Origin: Anaerobutyricum sp.
GTDB lineage: Bacteria > Bacillota > Clostridia > Lachnospirales > Lachnospiraceae
Length of the DNA: 64,000 nucleotides
Direction: 5' to 3'
NCBI GenBank assembly: GCA_963638365.1
Contig: CAVHRK010000025.1
Span: 30,705-94,704, forward strand
A model generated the notes under the pieces. That model had not been told where the DNA came from. It did not search any database and saw nothing but the letters and a program-made list of their open reading frames with translations. The translations under genes were made by a program, and so were the position numbers. Positions 17,591 through 27,940 of this stretch are shown one piece after another; position 1 is the first letter of the stretch, and every line of letters starts with the position of its first letter.

Positions 17591-17607
17591 TTTAAAACTC
17601 TCTTTCC

Positions 17608-18354
17608 CTATCCTGCCTTTGATGTAATCCAGATATCATCAAAGATATTTTCCTGCACAATCGTGATTTTGCCCATCTTCATAAGCTCGAGAATCACCAT
17701 AAAGGTGACAATAATCTCCATCTTACTGCGCTGCTTCTCCATCAGATCCATGAAGCTGAACTTCTTATGTGTCAGAAGATACTCCTCCACATAAGCGGTC
17801 TTTCCATCCATGTCGATTTCATCTTTTTCAATCTTGCCAAAGGTACTTCGTACCGGATCAATCTTGTCCTCCTGCCGGCGCATCACCATATGGAAAAGTT
17901 CCTGCAGCTTTCCTAAATTGGCATCTCCCAAAAGCTCCTGCATGTCTATCGGAGGACGGTAATCCTCGATCTCCTTAGGCAGGGTCTTGTCCTTAAACCA
18001 GGTCTTCGCCGCATCCACCTGACGATCCTTTAATTCATAAGCCATATACTTGTACATCTTGTATTCCAGCAGCTTCTGTACCAGCTCTGCTCTCGGGTCC
18101 TCTTCTTCTCCCTCTTCGTTGACTTCCTTCGGAAGAAGCATCCGGCATTTAATATCAAGAAGCGTTGCCGCCATGACAAGGAATTCACTCATCACGTTCA
18201 TGTCTTCCGTTTCCATGGCCTTTATGTAATCCAGATACTGCTCCGTAATCATCACAATGGGAATATCATAAATATCGACTTTATTCTTTTCAATCAGATG
18301 TAACAGTAGATCCAAGGGGCCTTCAAATGCCTCCAGCTTTACCGATATTGCCAT
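17608..18354 (-). CDS. scpA: Segregation and condensation protein A
   Basis: N-terminal FEGPLDLLLHLIEKNKVDIYDIPI motif. Confidence 0.9.
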   Translation of the reverse strand: MAISVKLEAFEGPLDLLLHLIEKNKVDIYDIPIVMITEQYLDYIKAMETEDMNVMSEFLVMAATLLDIKCRMLLPKEVNEEGEEEDPRAELVQKLLEYKMYKYMAYELKDRQVDAAKTWFKDKTLPKEIEDYRPPIDMQELLGDANLGKLQELFHMVMRRQEDKIDPVRSTFGKIEKDEIDMDGKTAYVEEYLLTHKKFSFMDLMEKQRSKMEIIVTFMVILELMKMGKITIVQENIFDDIWITSKAG

Positions 18355-18366
18355 ATCAATGCTCCT

Positions 18367-19014
18367 TTAACTGCAGATTGCAATCGTTGCACTCGTTCCG
18401 AGACGGCTTGCTCCGGCATCGATCATTCTCTGTGCGGTTTCCTTATCCCGGATTCCACCGGAAGCCTTGATGCCTAAGCGTGTCCCGACTTCACCGCGCA
18501 TCAGCGCGACATCTTCTGCGGTTGCCCCGCCTGTGGAAAATCCGGTCGAGGTCTTTACAAAGTCTGCCCCTGCCTTTTCAGCAAGCCGGCAGGCCGTACG
18601 CTTCTCCTCATCCGTTAACAGACAGGTCTCGATGATGACCTTCAGCGTCTGCTTCTCGCACGCCTTGCGGACCGCCAGAATATCCTGATAAACCGTTTCT
18701 TCTTCGCCATCCTTTAATGCAGCCACATTGATGACCATATCAATTTCATCTGCGCCATCCTCGACTGCGATCGCAGCCTCCATGGCTTTCGCTTTCGTAC
18801 TCATCTGTCCGAGAGGGAATCCGACTACGGTACAGACCTTTACATCCGTCCCCTCCAGTTCCTTCTTCACAAGCGCCGTATAAAAACCGTTCACGCACAC
18901 GGACATGAACCCGTATTCCTTTGCTTCCCGGCAGACCTTAAGAACTGCTTCCTTTGTGGCATCTGCCTTTAATATTGTATGATCAAATAATTTCGTATTC
19001 AGCTTCTCCATCAT
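18367..19014 (-). CDS. deoC: Deoxyribose-phosphate aldolase
   Basis: ..[11 protein letters not shown].., ..EIDMVIN.., ..[10 protein letters not shown].. (Schiff-base Lys context). I prefer the MMEKLN start (AAGGGG upstream) over the longer track ORF. Confidence 0.85.
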   Translation of the reverse strand: MMEKLNTKLFDHTILKADATKEAVLKVCREAKEYGFMSVCVNGFYTALVKKELEGTDVKVCTVVGFPLGQMSTKAKAMEAAIAVEDGADEIDMVINVAALKDGEEETVYQDILAVRKACEKQTLKVIIETCLLTDEEKRTACRLAEKAGADFVKTSTGFSTGGATAEDVALMRGEVGTRLGIKASGGIRDKETAQRMIDAGASRLGTSATIAICS

Positions 19015-19108
19015 GTACCCCTTACCAGATCTTATTATTAAAGAAATCACGTAACTATTCAGAACTTCATTCACAAAATCACAACTTTATTAGTGTACCA
19101 TTTATCTT

Positions 19109-19960
19109 TTAAGGCGTCAACTTCACAACCACAAGTTCACCCGGGTTAAAAATCCGGATCGGAAGCGTATGCGTCCCCAGACCACGGCTTAAAATCATGG
19201 TTGCCGCTCCTTCCCGGAACTCCCCGCCATCATACTTCGGAAACAACTTCATGGAAGGAGCAATCACTCCTCCAAGAACGGGAAGCCGCATCAGCCCGCC
19301 ATGCACATGCCCGGCAAATACAAGATCTGCGCCCCACGCCGCATAGTCCTCAAAGAAATCCGGATTATGGGCAATCATCATATGAAAGGAGCCAGGATCC
19401 GGCACTCCCAGATACTCCTGCACCCGATCCGCTCCCAGTATCTGCTTACGGAACTTCCGGTAATAGCGCCTGTGAATTTCCAGTCCATACAGGCTGATAT
19501 TATAATCCTTCAGATAAACATGCTCATTGGAAAGAAAACGAATCCCCATTCCGGACAGCTTTTTCCGGTAGTCCTCATACAGACTCCCGAACTCTTCTGT
19601 TTCTTCCTTGGTTTTCTGCTCATGATTGCCATTGGCATAATAAATGGGGTAGTTCTTTGCAAGCTCTTCCATCAGCTTCTGTGCCGTTACCGTTTCCTTT
19701 CCAGAAAGAGAGGTATACATATCACCGGACACAATAATGAAATCCGGATTCTGCTCCCGGATAGCACGGATGAGACGGCAGTTATCTTTTCCGAAGGACT
19801 TGTTATGAAGATCCGATAACTGCACAATTTTAAGAGGCTTAAAAAGCCTCTTGTCTTCACAGTGGTATTCCCGTATGACAAACCGGTTACAGTCAATCAC
19901 CATAACCATGCTAAAAAAGAGGGCAAGGATTACGATAAGCAACAACAGTATTTTGATCAT
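19109..19960 (-). CDS. Membrane-anchored metallophosphoesterase (calcineurin-like)
   Basis: N-terminal TM helix. Motifs LSDLHN, SGDMY, GNHE and GHVHGG. Confidence 0.85.
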   Translation of the reverse strand: MIKILLLLIVILALFFSMVMVIDCNRFVIREYHCEDKRLFKPLKIVQLSDLHNKSFGKDNCRLIRAIREQNPDFIIVSGDMYTSLSGKETVTAQKLMEELAKNYPIYYANGNHEQKTKEETEEFGSLYEDYRKKLSGMGIRFLSNEHVYLKDYNISLYGLEIHRRYYRKFRKQILGADRVQEYLGVPDPGSFHMMIAHNPDFFEDYAAWGADLVFAGHVHGGLMRLPVLGGVIAPSMKLFPKYDGGEFREGAATMILSRGLGTHTLPIRIFNPGELVVVKLTP

Positions 19961-20002
19961 ATTCCATCCTTTCCGACATAAACCATTCCCTGTTTTCTAT
20001 AT

Positions 20003-21169
20003 TTAAACAGTATAAAACATTCTCCATACTTTTTGCAAATAGTCTTTATAAACCGCCTTATCAACCGTCTGTCCTGTCACAATCGAAACGCTGCCGATCC
20101 GGTTTCCATTTAATAAGTACACGGCTTCTCCAACCGCCTCACCTTCCTGTACCGGTGCTTCCACACTTTCCGGCAGCACGATCTTCTTCTCAATTCCGGA
20201 CAGTACCTGCCCTTCCGTATCCAGATACCGGAACGGTCCCTGATAGGAAAGAGCGACGGTATCTTCCACACCGCCATTTACGGTAAGAAACGGCAGTTGT
20301 TCTTCATTCTTATCCTCATAAAGGGAACTGATGCTGTAGCCATAGGTCAGTAACGACATGGCATCCTGAAACCGTACCTTATTATTGGAAGAACCCATGA
20401 CAACCGCAATCAGATCAATATTGTCTTTGCTTGCGGTTGCAGACAGACAGTATTTCGCCTTACTGGTGGAGCCGGTTTTTAATCCGGTGGTGTATTCATA
20501 CATTTTTAGCAGCTTATTCGTACTGGACAGGGTGAAGTTGGAAGTGCCCTGTGCCGTTTCATGCACAATATCCTCCATCCAGATACCGGTATAGTTTAAC
20601 ACCTCCGGATGCTTCGTAATCAGCTCCCGTGACATGATTGCCACATCCCTCGCACTGGAATAATGACCGTCTGAATCTGTAAGTCCGCAGCAGTCCTCAA
20701 AGTGTGTATTCTCCATGCCAAGCTCCTCGGCCCGCAGATTCATGAGCTTCACAAATTCCGCTTCACTACCTGCCAGGAACTCTGCCACCGCCACGCTCGC
20801 ATCGTTTCCGGAGGCTACCGCAATGCACTTAATCATGGTTTCCAGTGTCTGTACTTCTCCTTCTTCCAGAAATACCTGTGAACCACCCATGGACTTTGCA
20901 TAGGCACTGGTCGTCACCTCACTCTGCAGAGTCACCCGCCCCGTATTCAGGTAGTCAAAAATCAGCAGTAAGGTCATAATTTTCGTAATACTGGCAGGAC
21001 TTCTCCGTTCGTCCGCGTTCTGCTCACAGATTACTTTTCCTGTGGAGGCTTCCATCAGAATGTACGACGGCGCATCGATTTCCGGTGCCGCCATGGCAGG
21101 AACCGGCACAGACACAAACAGCAGGAACGTCATCATACCGCATAGTAGTTTCTTCATCATTGATCTCAA
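20003..21169 (-). CDS. D-alanyl-D-alanine carboxypeptidase (peptidase S11), second paralog
   Basis: Signal peptide, then SITKIMT (SxxK), SGND (SxN) and KTGST (KTG). The start could be any of the first Met codons. Confidence 0.85.
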   Translation of the reverse strand: MRSMMKKLLCGMMTFLLFVSVPVPAMAAPEIDAPSYILMEASTGKVICEQNADERRSPASITKIMTLLLIFDYLNTGRVTLQSEVTTSAYAKSMGGSQVFLEEGEVQTLETMIKCIAVASGNDASVAVAEFLAGSEAEFVKLMNLRAEELGMENTHFEDCCGLTDSDGHYSSARDVAIMSRELITKHPEVLNYTGIWMEDIVHETAQGTSNFTLSSTNKLLKMYEYTTGLKTGSTSKAKYCLSATASKDNIDLIAVVMGSSNNKVRFQDAMSLLTYGYSISSLYEDKNEEQLPFLTVNGGVEDTVALSYQGPFRYLDTEGQVLSGIEKKIVLPESVEAPVQEGEAVGEAVYLLNGNRIGSVSIVTGQTVDKAVYKDYLQKVWRMFYTV

Positions 21170-21252
21170 GGCAATCTTCTCCCCGACAAAACTCTATACC
21201 TATAAATATGTTCCTGCTGCTTTAAAAATGAACTATATAAACGAATTCGTAT

Positions 21253-21843
21253 CTACCACTTCGTACGGATGCTCTCGTACAGTTCCGTAATGCGTTCCCT
21301 GCTCTTTTTGATATCTGCACTAAACAACTTCGCAAACTGGAACAGATAATCGATCGTCACAATGCAAAGTACGATCACACAGAACCGCTTCCCAAGCTGC
21401 ATATCATAGCGGTCGATCATCCCCATCACCTTACCATGCAGGAAGGTGATAATGATAATTGCATAAAAACCCCATGCAATGGTGCTCTCCAGGCAGATAA
21501 GTCCCTGGAAATTACACGGCTTATTTGTGTAGTCCCACCAGACTTCACCGAAAATCTTAAGCATCAGCCGGCCTACCAGATATTCAAATGCGGTAGCCAT
21601 AACCGCCCCTGCGCAGTAAAGAAGGAATGGATTACTCGACAGCGGCCGAAGCACCAGATAGCCGATGACTGCTCCGAATCCATAGATCGGACAGAACGGT
21701 CCCTTGCCGAAACCACGGTTCGTTAACTTCTTATTACAGATGGACATATAGATCGACTCTACAAGCCACCCCAGCATACTATAAATAATAAACGCTGCAA
21801 CCAGATGATACACATCGGTTCCAAACATCTCTTTCGTCCACAT
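21253..21843 (-). CDS. Small polytopic membrane protein (putative ABC-transporter type IV / PF06541-like)
   Basis: ..YSMLGWLVESIYMSI..GPFCPIYGFGAV.. pattern. I prefer the MWTKEMF start (GAGGGGA 6 nt upstream). Confidence 0.6.
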   Translation of the reverse strand: MWTKEMFGTDVYHLVAAFIIYSMLGWLVESIYMSICNKKLTNRGFGKGPFCPIYGFGAVIGYLVLRPLSSNPFLLYCAGAVMATAFEYLVGRLMLKIFGEVWWDYTNKPCNFQGLICLESTIAWGFYAIIIITFLHGKVMGMIDRYDMQLGKRFCVIVLCIVTIDYLFQFAKLFSADIKKSRERITELYESIRTKW

Positions 21844-21877
21844 AAAGATCCCCTCATCCTGAATCAAATATTATCAA

Positions 21878-21911
21878 GTAACAAGAAAGCCCTTAGTTTT
21901 ATCCAAGGGCT
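21878..21911 (-). terminator. Terminator downstream of rpsU
   Basis: 7-bp GC-rich stem AGCCCTT/AAGGGCT (21888-21894 and 21905-21911). On the minus strand it is followed by TTTCTTGTT. Confidence 0.55.
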
Positions 21912-21925
21912 CACGTTTACTTTAA

Positions 21926-22102
21926 TTAGTTGTATTTACGTTTTCTTGCTGCTTCTGACTTTTTCTTACGCTTAACGCTCGGCTTCTCGTAATGCTCTCT
22001 CTTACGAATCTCCTGCTGAATGCCGGCTTTTGCACAGCTTCTCTTAAAACGACGTAAAGCGCTATCTAAAGTCTCGTTTTCTTTTACGATTACGTTTGAC
22101 AT
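21926..22102 (-). CDS. rpsU: 30S ribosomal protein S21
   Basis: Below the 60-aa cutoff of the ORF track. Hand translation gives [58 protein letters not shown] (58 aa), an unmistakable S21 sequence. Confidence 0.95.
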   Translation of the reverse strand: MSNVIVKENETLDSALRRFKRSCAKAGIQQEIRKREHYEKPSVKRKKKSEAARKRKYN

Positions 22103-22182
22103 TTACACCCTGACCTCCCTTCAGTCCCTTCTAGTAACATGACTGACTGGGTTATTCTTGTGTGTACTCACACACAACACAT

Positions 22183-22210
22183 ATTATATCATAAATCATG
22201 TACACGTCAA
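22183..22210 (-). promoter_or_regulatory. Near-consensus sigma-A promoter for rpsU
   Basis: Minus strand reads TTGACG-16 nt-TATAAT with an extended -10 (TGATATAAT). The -35 is the revcomp of 22205-22210 and the -10 is the revcomp of 22183-22188. Confidence 0.65.
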
Positions 22211-22283
22211 GAGAAAAATTATATATTTACGTATAATTTAATGTGATGATATATTTCAATATCATCTTCTCTGAAATTTATGC

Positions 22284-24935
22284 TTAAAGCTGTGCTGTGA
22301 GGACTTCTTCACATTTTGCAATGGCATCCGGAATACCTGCCGGGTTCTTTCCTCCGGCCTGTGCCATGTTCGGACGTCCACCGCCGCCGCCACCGACAAG
22401 TGCTGCGATTCCTTTAATCAGGTTTCCTGCATGAGCTCCCTTATCCATAGCGCCCTGTGTTGCCATGGCAACCATATTGACCTTGCCCTCACAGTCAGAA
22501 ATGAGAACAATCACACCTTCTCCGATTTTAGCCTTTAACTGGTCACCTAAGTCACGCAGTCCGTTCATATCCACACCAGCTACTGATGTTGCAAGAAGCT
22601 TTACGCCCTTTACATCCTTCACCTGGTTCATGACGTCCCCGAGTGCATCCTTGGCTGCCTTGCTCTTTAAGGATTCGTTCTCACTCTGTAACGCTTTCAT
22701 TTCTGCCATCAGATGCTCGGCCCGGTCAAGGAGCGTCGCAAGAGAAGTCTTTAATACCTTTGCTACGGCATTTAAGCGTTCTTCCATTTCCTGATAGTAA
22801 GCGGTTACATTGTTTCCGGTAATGGCTTCAATACGGCGTACACCTGCTGCAACACCGGATTCAGATAAAATCTTAAAGGATGCGATCTCTCCGGTATGTC
22901 CGACATGCGTACCACCACATAATTCCTTGGAGAAATCTCCGATCATAACCACGCGGACGGTATCTCCGTATTTCTCACCAAACAGTGCCATTGCACCGGT
23001 CTTCTTCGCTTCTTCAAGGCTCATCACCCTGGTTTCCACCGGAAAATCCTCTGCAATCTTGTCATTGACGATTTTCTCTACCTTCTTTAATTCTTCGGCC
23101 GTCATTGCCTGTCCGTGGCTGAAGTCAAAACGGGTTCTTTCTCCATCCTGATAGGAGCCGGACTGTTCCACATGATCGCCTAACACTTCACGAAGTGCTT
23201 CCTGCAGCAAGTGTGTTGCGGTATGATTCTTACAGGTATTTCCACGGTTTAAGGAAGATACGGAAAGATCCGCCTTAGCATCCTTCTTAATCACGCCGGA
23301 TACCACCTTACCGATGTGTCCGATTCTGTCGCCCGGAACCTTCACGGTATCGGTTACTTCAAACGTTCCTTCTGCGGTCTTAATGACACCGAAGTCACCC
23401 TTTTGACCACCCATGGTTGCATAGAACGGGGTCTTCGCTGTAATGATGGTTCCTTCCTGTCCTTCAGAAAGGGCATCCTGCCACTTACCGTCACAGGCAA
23501 TGGCTGCAATGCTGCTTTCTGCCTGCAGGGTATCATATCCTATGAATTCACTGACTAAGCTTTCTTCTAATTCATCATATAATGCAGTATCTGTAGAAAG
23601 CTTGGCAGAAAAGCTCTGGTTATCTCTTGCCTTCTGCTTCTGCTCTTCCATGGCTTTTGCAAAGCCTTCTTCATCAACCTTCAAGCCCTCTTCCTGTGCA
23701 AGCTCTACAGTGAGCTCGATCGGGAATCCAAAGGTATCATACAGATAAAATGCACTCTTTCCGTCGATTTCTGCAGACTTTGCTTCCTTCTTCTGCTCAA
23801 GGATCTTCTTAAATTCCTTCATGCCGTTTTCCAGAGTACTCTCGAAACGGTCAATTTCCTTCTTCAGTTCGGAAAGAACGAACTCTTTATTCTTAACCAG
23901 TAACGGATAGCTTTCTGCATAGATATCCTCAATGTACATCTGTGCAATGGTCAGCAGATCCTCGGTCTTTAAATTCAGCATACGGCCATGTCTTACTGCA
24001 CGGCGGATCAGACGGCGGAGAACATATCCAGCTCCTACATTGGAAGGAAGAAGCTTTGCTTCGTCACCGATCAGCATGACGCTGGTACGGATATGGTCTG
24101 CCAGAATACGCATGGATCTGGTCAGCTTTTCATCCTCTTCGTATTTCGTTCCGGAAACCTTCTCAATATAAGCAATTACCGGTGCAAACAGATCGATACG
24201 GTATACATCTCTTGTTCCGTTTAAGAATGCAAGAATACGCTCTAAGCCCCAACCGGTATCCACGTTCTTCTGCTTTAACGGGGTCAGATGTCCGTCATGG
24301 TGCTTCTCGTACTGCATGAATACGTCATTACCAAGCTCAGTATACTTACCGCAGTGGCATCCGGGTCCACAGTCCGGGCCGCAGTCCGGGCGGTCTGCCA
24401 CATAGAACATTTCACTGTCCGGGCCACAGGGGCCATATTCGAGTCCCCACCAGTTATCCTCTGCCGGAAGATAATATATATTCTCTTTCTTAAAGCCGGA
24501 AGCGATACGGTACTGTGCACCTTCTTCGTCTCTTGGTGCATTCTCATCTCCTGCAAAAACCGTTGCAGCCAGATGATCGGCGTCAAAGCCGAAAACCTGT
24601 GTAAGCAGTTCAAAACTCCACTGGCATCTTTCTTTCTTAAAGTAATCACCAAGACTCCAGCTTCCCATCATTTCAAAGAAGGTTACATGGCTCTTGTCAC
24701 CAACCGAATCAATATCGTTGGTACGGACACACCCCTGTACGTTGCAGAGTCTGGTTCCAAGGGGGTGCTTCTGGCCTAACAGATACGGCATCAAAGGCTG
24801 CATACCTGCTACGTTAAACAGTACACCGGTAGATCCGTCCGACACAAGGGAAACGGCTCCTACATCTACATGTCCACGGTCAATATAAAATTGTTTCCAG
24901 GTTTTTCTTAATTCATCTGAAGTGAATTGTCTCAT
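22284..24935 (-). CDS. alaS: Alanine--tRNA ligase
   Basis: 883 aa. Class II AlaRS N-terminus (..FYIDRGH..FNVAGMQPL..), editing-domain HTATHLL, and a C-terminal DHHA1-like region with a GGGGGG loop. Confidence 0.95.
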   Translation of the reverse strand: MRQFTSDELRKTWKQFYIDRGHVDVGAVSLVSDGSTGVLFNVAGMQPLMPYLLGQKHPLGTRLCNVQGCVRTNDIDSVGDKSHVTFFEMMGSWSLGDYFKKERCQWSFELLTQVFGFDADHLAATVFAGDENAPRDEEGAQYRIASGFKKENIYYLPAEDNWWGLEYGPCGPDSEMFYVADRPDCGPDCGPGCHCGKYTELGNDVFMQYEKHHDGHLTPLKQKNVDTGWGLERILAFLNGTRDVYRIDLFAPVIAYIEKVSGTKYEEDEKLTRSMRILADHIRTSVMLIGDEAKLLPSNVGAGYVLRRLIRRAVRHGRMLNLKTEDLLTIAQMYIEDIYAESYPLLVKNKEFVLSELKKEIDRFESTLENGMKEFKKILEQKKEAKSAEIDGKSAFYLYDTFGFPIELTVELAQEEGLKVDEEGFAKAMEEQKQKARDNQSFSAKLSTDTALYDELEESLVSEFIGYDTLQAESSIAAIACDGKWQDALSEGQEGTIITAKTPFYATMGGQKGDFGVIKTAEGTFEVTDTVKVPGDRIGHIGKVVSGVIKKDAKADLSVSSLNRGNTCKNHTATHLLQEALREVLGDHVEQSGSYQDGERTRFDFSHGQAMTAEELKKVEKIVNDKIAEDFPVETRVMSLEEAKKTGAMALFGEKYGDTVRVVMIGDFSKELCGGTHVGHTGEIASFKILSESGVAAGVRRIEAITGNNVTAYYQEMEERLNAVAKVLKTSLATLLDRAEHLMAEMKALQSENESLKSKAAKDALGDVMNQVKDVKGVKLLATSVAGVDMNGLRDLGDQLKAKIGEGVIVLISDCEGKVNMVAMATQGAMDKGAHAGNLIKGIAALVGGGGGGRPNMAQAGGKNPAGIPDAIAKCEEVLTAQL

Positions 24936-24961
24936 GATCTCACCATTTCTGCGTTGTTTGT

Positions 24962-25002
24962 ATTTTCAAAAGGCTCTGTGGTTCAACGCTTCCGCAGAGG
25001 CC
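24962..25002 (-). terminator. Hairpin plus T-run between glyQS and alaS (terminator or attenuator)
   Basis: Minus strand reads GGCCTCTGCGG-loop-CCACAGAGCC followed by TTTTGAAAAT. The stem is imperfect (one bulge, one mismatch). It lies only about 30 nt upstream of the alaS start. Confidence 0.45.
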
Positions 25003-25029
25003 TGATTTGTTCTTTACAGGACACTGCTG

Positions 25030-26418
25030 TTAAAAGGTAAACTTATCTACAAAGTAAGCGTCCAGATCTGCAATCGCTACACGCTCCTGCTCCATAGAGT
25101 CACGGAAACGTACGGTCACACAGTTGTCGGTTTCGGAATCAAAGTCGTATGTAATACAGAACGGAGTTCCGATTTCATCCTGTCTGCGGTAACGCTTACC
25201 AATGTTTCCTCTGTCATCAAATTCACAGTTGTACTTCTTGGAAAGCTGTGCATAGATCTTCTCTGCACCCTCATTCAGCTTCTTGGAAAGAGGAAGTACA
25301 CCAATCTTCACAGGTGCAAGTGCCGGATGGAAATGAAGTACGGTACGCACATCACCTTCTCCGATCTCCTCTTCATCATAAGCTGCACATAGGAATGCCA
25401 GTACTACACGGTCTGCTCCAAGAGACGGCTCTACAACATAAGGAACATAACGTTCATTCTTGGTATCATCAAAGTAGCTCATATCCTCACCGGATACATT
25501 CTGATGCTGGGTTAAATCGTAATCGGTTCTGTCTGCGATTCCCCATAATTCACCCCAACCGAACGGGAACAGGAATTCAATATCGGTCGTACCCTTGGAA
25601 TAGAAGCAAAGCTCTTCGGGTGCATGGTCACGAAGTCTCATCTCATCTTCCTTAATACCTAAGCTTAACAGCCAGTCACGGCAGAATGCTCTCCAGTACT
25701 GAAACCATTCAAGATCGGTTCCGGGTTCGCAGAAGAACTCCAGTTCCATCTGTTCGAACTCTCTGGTACGGAAAGTAAAGTTACCTGGAGTAATTTCGTT
25801 ACGGAAGGACTTACCGATCTGTCCGATACCGAACGGAATCTTCTTACGGGAAGTTCTCTGTACATTCTTAAAGTTCACGAAAATACCCTGTGCGGTTTCC
25901 GGACGAAGGTATACCGTGTTCTTCGCATCCTCGGTTACGCCCTGGAAGGTCTTGAACATCAGGTTGAACTGTCTGATATCGGTAAAGTTATGCTTGCCAC
26001 AGGTCGGGCAGGGAACGTTGTGTTCTTCAATGAAGTTCTTCATTTCTTCCTGTGAAAAAGCATCAATGGGTTTCTCCAGTGTAATTCCGTTCTCTTCTGC
26101 AAAGTCCTCGATCAGCTTGTCTGCACGGAAACGCTCATGACATTCCTTACAGTCCATCAGAGGATCGGAGAAGCCTCCCAGATGTCCGGAAGCTACCCAT
26201 GTCTGGGGATTCATTAAGATGGCACAGTCCACACCGACGTTATAAGGGTTTTCCATAACAAACTTCTGCCACCATGCTCTCTTCACATTGTTCTTTAATT
26301 CCACACCGAGATTTCCGTAATCCCATGTGTTGGCAAGCCCTCCGTAGATCTCGGATCCGGGATATACAAATCCTCTTGCCTTTGCCAATGCTACGATTTT
26401 TTCCATTGTCTTTTCCAT
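25030..26418 (-). CDS. glyQS: Glycine--tRNA ligase (single-chain dimeric GlyQS type)
   Basis: 462 aa, with N-terminus ..[29 protein letters not shown]... Confidence 0.95.
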   Translation of the reverse strand: MEKTMEKIVALAKARGFVYPGSEIYGGLANTWDYGNLGVELKNNVKRAWWQKFVMENPYNVGVDCAILMNPQTWVASGHLGGFSDPLMDCKECHERFRADKLIEDFAEENGITLEKPIDAFSQEEMKNFIEEHNVPCPTCGKHNFTDIRQFNLMFKTFQGVTEDAKNTVYLRPETAQGIFVNFKNVQRTSRKKIPFGIGQIGKSFRNEITPGNFTFRTREFEQMELEFFCEPGTDLEWFQYWRAFCRDWLLSLGIKEDEMRLRDHAPEELCFYSKGTTDIEFLFPFGWGELWGIADRTDYDLTQHQNVSGEDMSYFDDTKNERYVPYVVEPSLGADRVVLAFLCAAYDEEEIGEGDVRTVLHFHPALAPVKIGVLPLSKKLNEGAEKIYAQLSKKYNCEFDDRGNIGKRYRRQDEIGTPFCITYDFDSETDNCVTVRFRDSMEQERVAIADLDAYFVDKFTF

Positions 26419-26436
26419 TGTTCCATCTACCTCTCG

Positions 26437-27072
26437 TTATTTTTCTTTAAATATTACACAAATTTCCTTGGAAATCTGATCATTTTCATCCTGCTGTACG
26501 CGGAATGCTTTCGCATGATCCGCAACCTCCACACCATCCGAAGCGTAGAGAATTTTGTGGCTCATTACTACGGTCTGCGTGGTATCCGTAATCAGTACCA
26601 GAACCCCGTCCGTATTAAAAAGCTCTGCCATGCCCATGGTCTTTGACGGATCGGAAACCGCCGTATAGACCTTGTTTAAGTCAAAGCCGGACAGTCTCGC
26701 CTGTGCCGGTGTCCCGATAAAAAACGTTTCCCGGTTAAAGGCTGCATAATCCTCCGCACTCTGGTATTTCATCTCCACATCTGTAACACCGCCGTCCACC
26801 TGGACCTTCGATACGGTAATGACTTCGCTTCCCATTCTGGAATTGTAAGAGGTTACTGCCTTTAAAACCTCATCCTGCAATTCCTGCTGGCTATAGTAAT
26901 CCTGGTCAAACGGTTCACGGATCGTATCGGTTACCGTTCCATCCCTGGAAACCGTAATCACGGATCCTTCTGCGCCCGTGGTATTCCCACACGCAGTCGT
27001 TCCACCCACTACAAAAGCAGCACACAGAAGACCTGCCATAAAACGCTTCACACACTGATAATTTTTCCTCAT
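26437..27072 (-). CDS. Lipoprotein of unknown function (211 aa)
   Basis: I prefer the start MRKNYQCVKRFMAGLLCAAFVVGGTTAC (lipobox), with GAGGAG upstream. The longer track ORF starts at a TTG overlapping the recO stop. Confidence 0.6.
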   Translation of the reverse strand: MRKNYQCVKRFMAGLLCAAFVVGGTTACGNTTGAEGSVITVSRDGTVTDTIREPFDQDYYSQQELQDEVLKAVTSYNSRMGSEVITVSKVQVDGGVTDVEMKYQSAEDYAAFNRETFFIGTPAQARLSGFDLNKVYTAVSDPSKTMGMAELFNTDGVLVLITDTTQTVVMSHKILYASDGVEVADHAKAFRVQQDENDQISKEICVIFKEK

Positions 27073-27110
27073 AAAAATCCTCTTCTCCTCTTCCGGAAGA
27101 ATATACCCAA

Positions 27111-27767
27111 TCAATTATATATGAGTCCCTCAAGGATTTCAAGGCTTTTCATTTTTCGATCCACAAATCTTCTCTGATAAATCCCTGCAATTTCCTCAAG
27201 TTCCTGCAAGACTTCCTCCGAAACCTTAAACGAATACAGCTTTCCCAGGCTACTGTCCGCGATATACTGCAAGGCATACCGTGTGGATTCTTCATAGTCC
27301 TTATTCTTCGGAAGCCCCGGATATTCGCCGTTTAACACGACCGCCTTGATTTCAAATATGTATCTTACCAGCTTATTGTCATAGGCCTCATGCAGCAATG
27401 CCCGTAAGGATTGGTAAAGAAGCAGAAGCATCGCCTTTTCATCGTTATTTTCTCTCGTATAGTAATCCATCAGTTCTAAAAAGTACATGCCGTAACAGGC
27501 TTCTTCAAAATGTGTGCGCATATCTTCAAAATAATTTGCAATCACAGCCTCGCTTAAAGAGTAGGAGTTTCTGCCCTCGAAAAGCACAAATTCGCCGAAG
27601 CAGAATGGATTGGTAGCTGCCATCAGCCGGCTTCCCTGCTTGCGTGCCCCTCTGGCAAACGCTGAAATTTTACCTCTTTCTTTTGTTAACAGAACCACTC
27701 TTCTATCCGTCTCTCCTACAGGTGATGCCTCGAGCACCATCCCTGTAACCCTGACCGGTTCCTGCAT
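27111..27767 (-). CDS. recO: DNA repair protein RecO
   Basis: ..VRVTGMVLEASPVGETDRRVVLLTKERGKISAFARGARK.. I prefer the MQEPV start (GAAGGAG 9 nt upstream). Confidence 0.85.
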   Translation of the reverse strand: MQEPVRVTGMVLEASPVGETDRRVVLLTKERGKISAFARGARKQGSRLMAATNPFCFGEFVLFEGRNSYSLSEAVIANYFEDMRTHFEEACYGMYFLELMDYYTRENNDEKAMLLLLYQSLRALLHEAYDNKLVRYIFEIKAVVLNGEYPGLPKNKDYEESTRYALQYIADSSLGKLYSFKVSEEVLQELEEIAGIYQRRFVDRKMKSLEILEGLIYN

Positions 27768-27888
27768 GAATTTCAGCTCCTTCTTCCTGCTGTTTTCCGG
27801 CATCTGCGGAAGCTTCCTTCCGGTAGGCCAGATAATCTTCGATCTTTCCTGTGCTTAAAAACTGATCCCAGTAATTTACGTTTTTCAT
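27703..27888 (-). CDS. YqzL-like small protein
   Basis: N-terminus MKNVNYWDQFLSTGKIEDYLAYRKE matches my memory of YqzL-family proteins, and it occupies the conserved era-yqzL-recO position. Its last 65 nt or so overlap the recO start. Confidence 0.5.
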   Translation of the reverse strand: MKNVNYWDQFLSTGKIEDYLAYRKEASADAGKQQEEGAEIHAGTGQGYRDGARGITCRRDG

Positions 27889-27940
27889 CCTGTGCCCCCT
27901 AAATCGTCTTCTGTGATTAGGGTTTACATTTTGAAGTTTT

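Noticed and set aside
22103-22283. Structured RNA between alaS and rpsU (palindromes TGTGTGTACTCACACA and GATGATAT..ATATCATC)
   Set aside because: The promoter, the 5' UTR hairpin of rpsU and a weak AT-rich terminator for alaS explain these features adequately. Nothing suggests an independent RNA gene.
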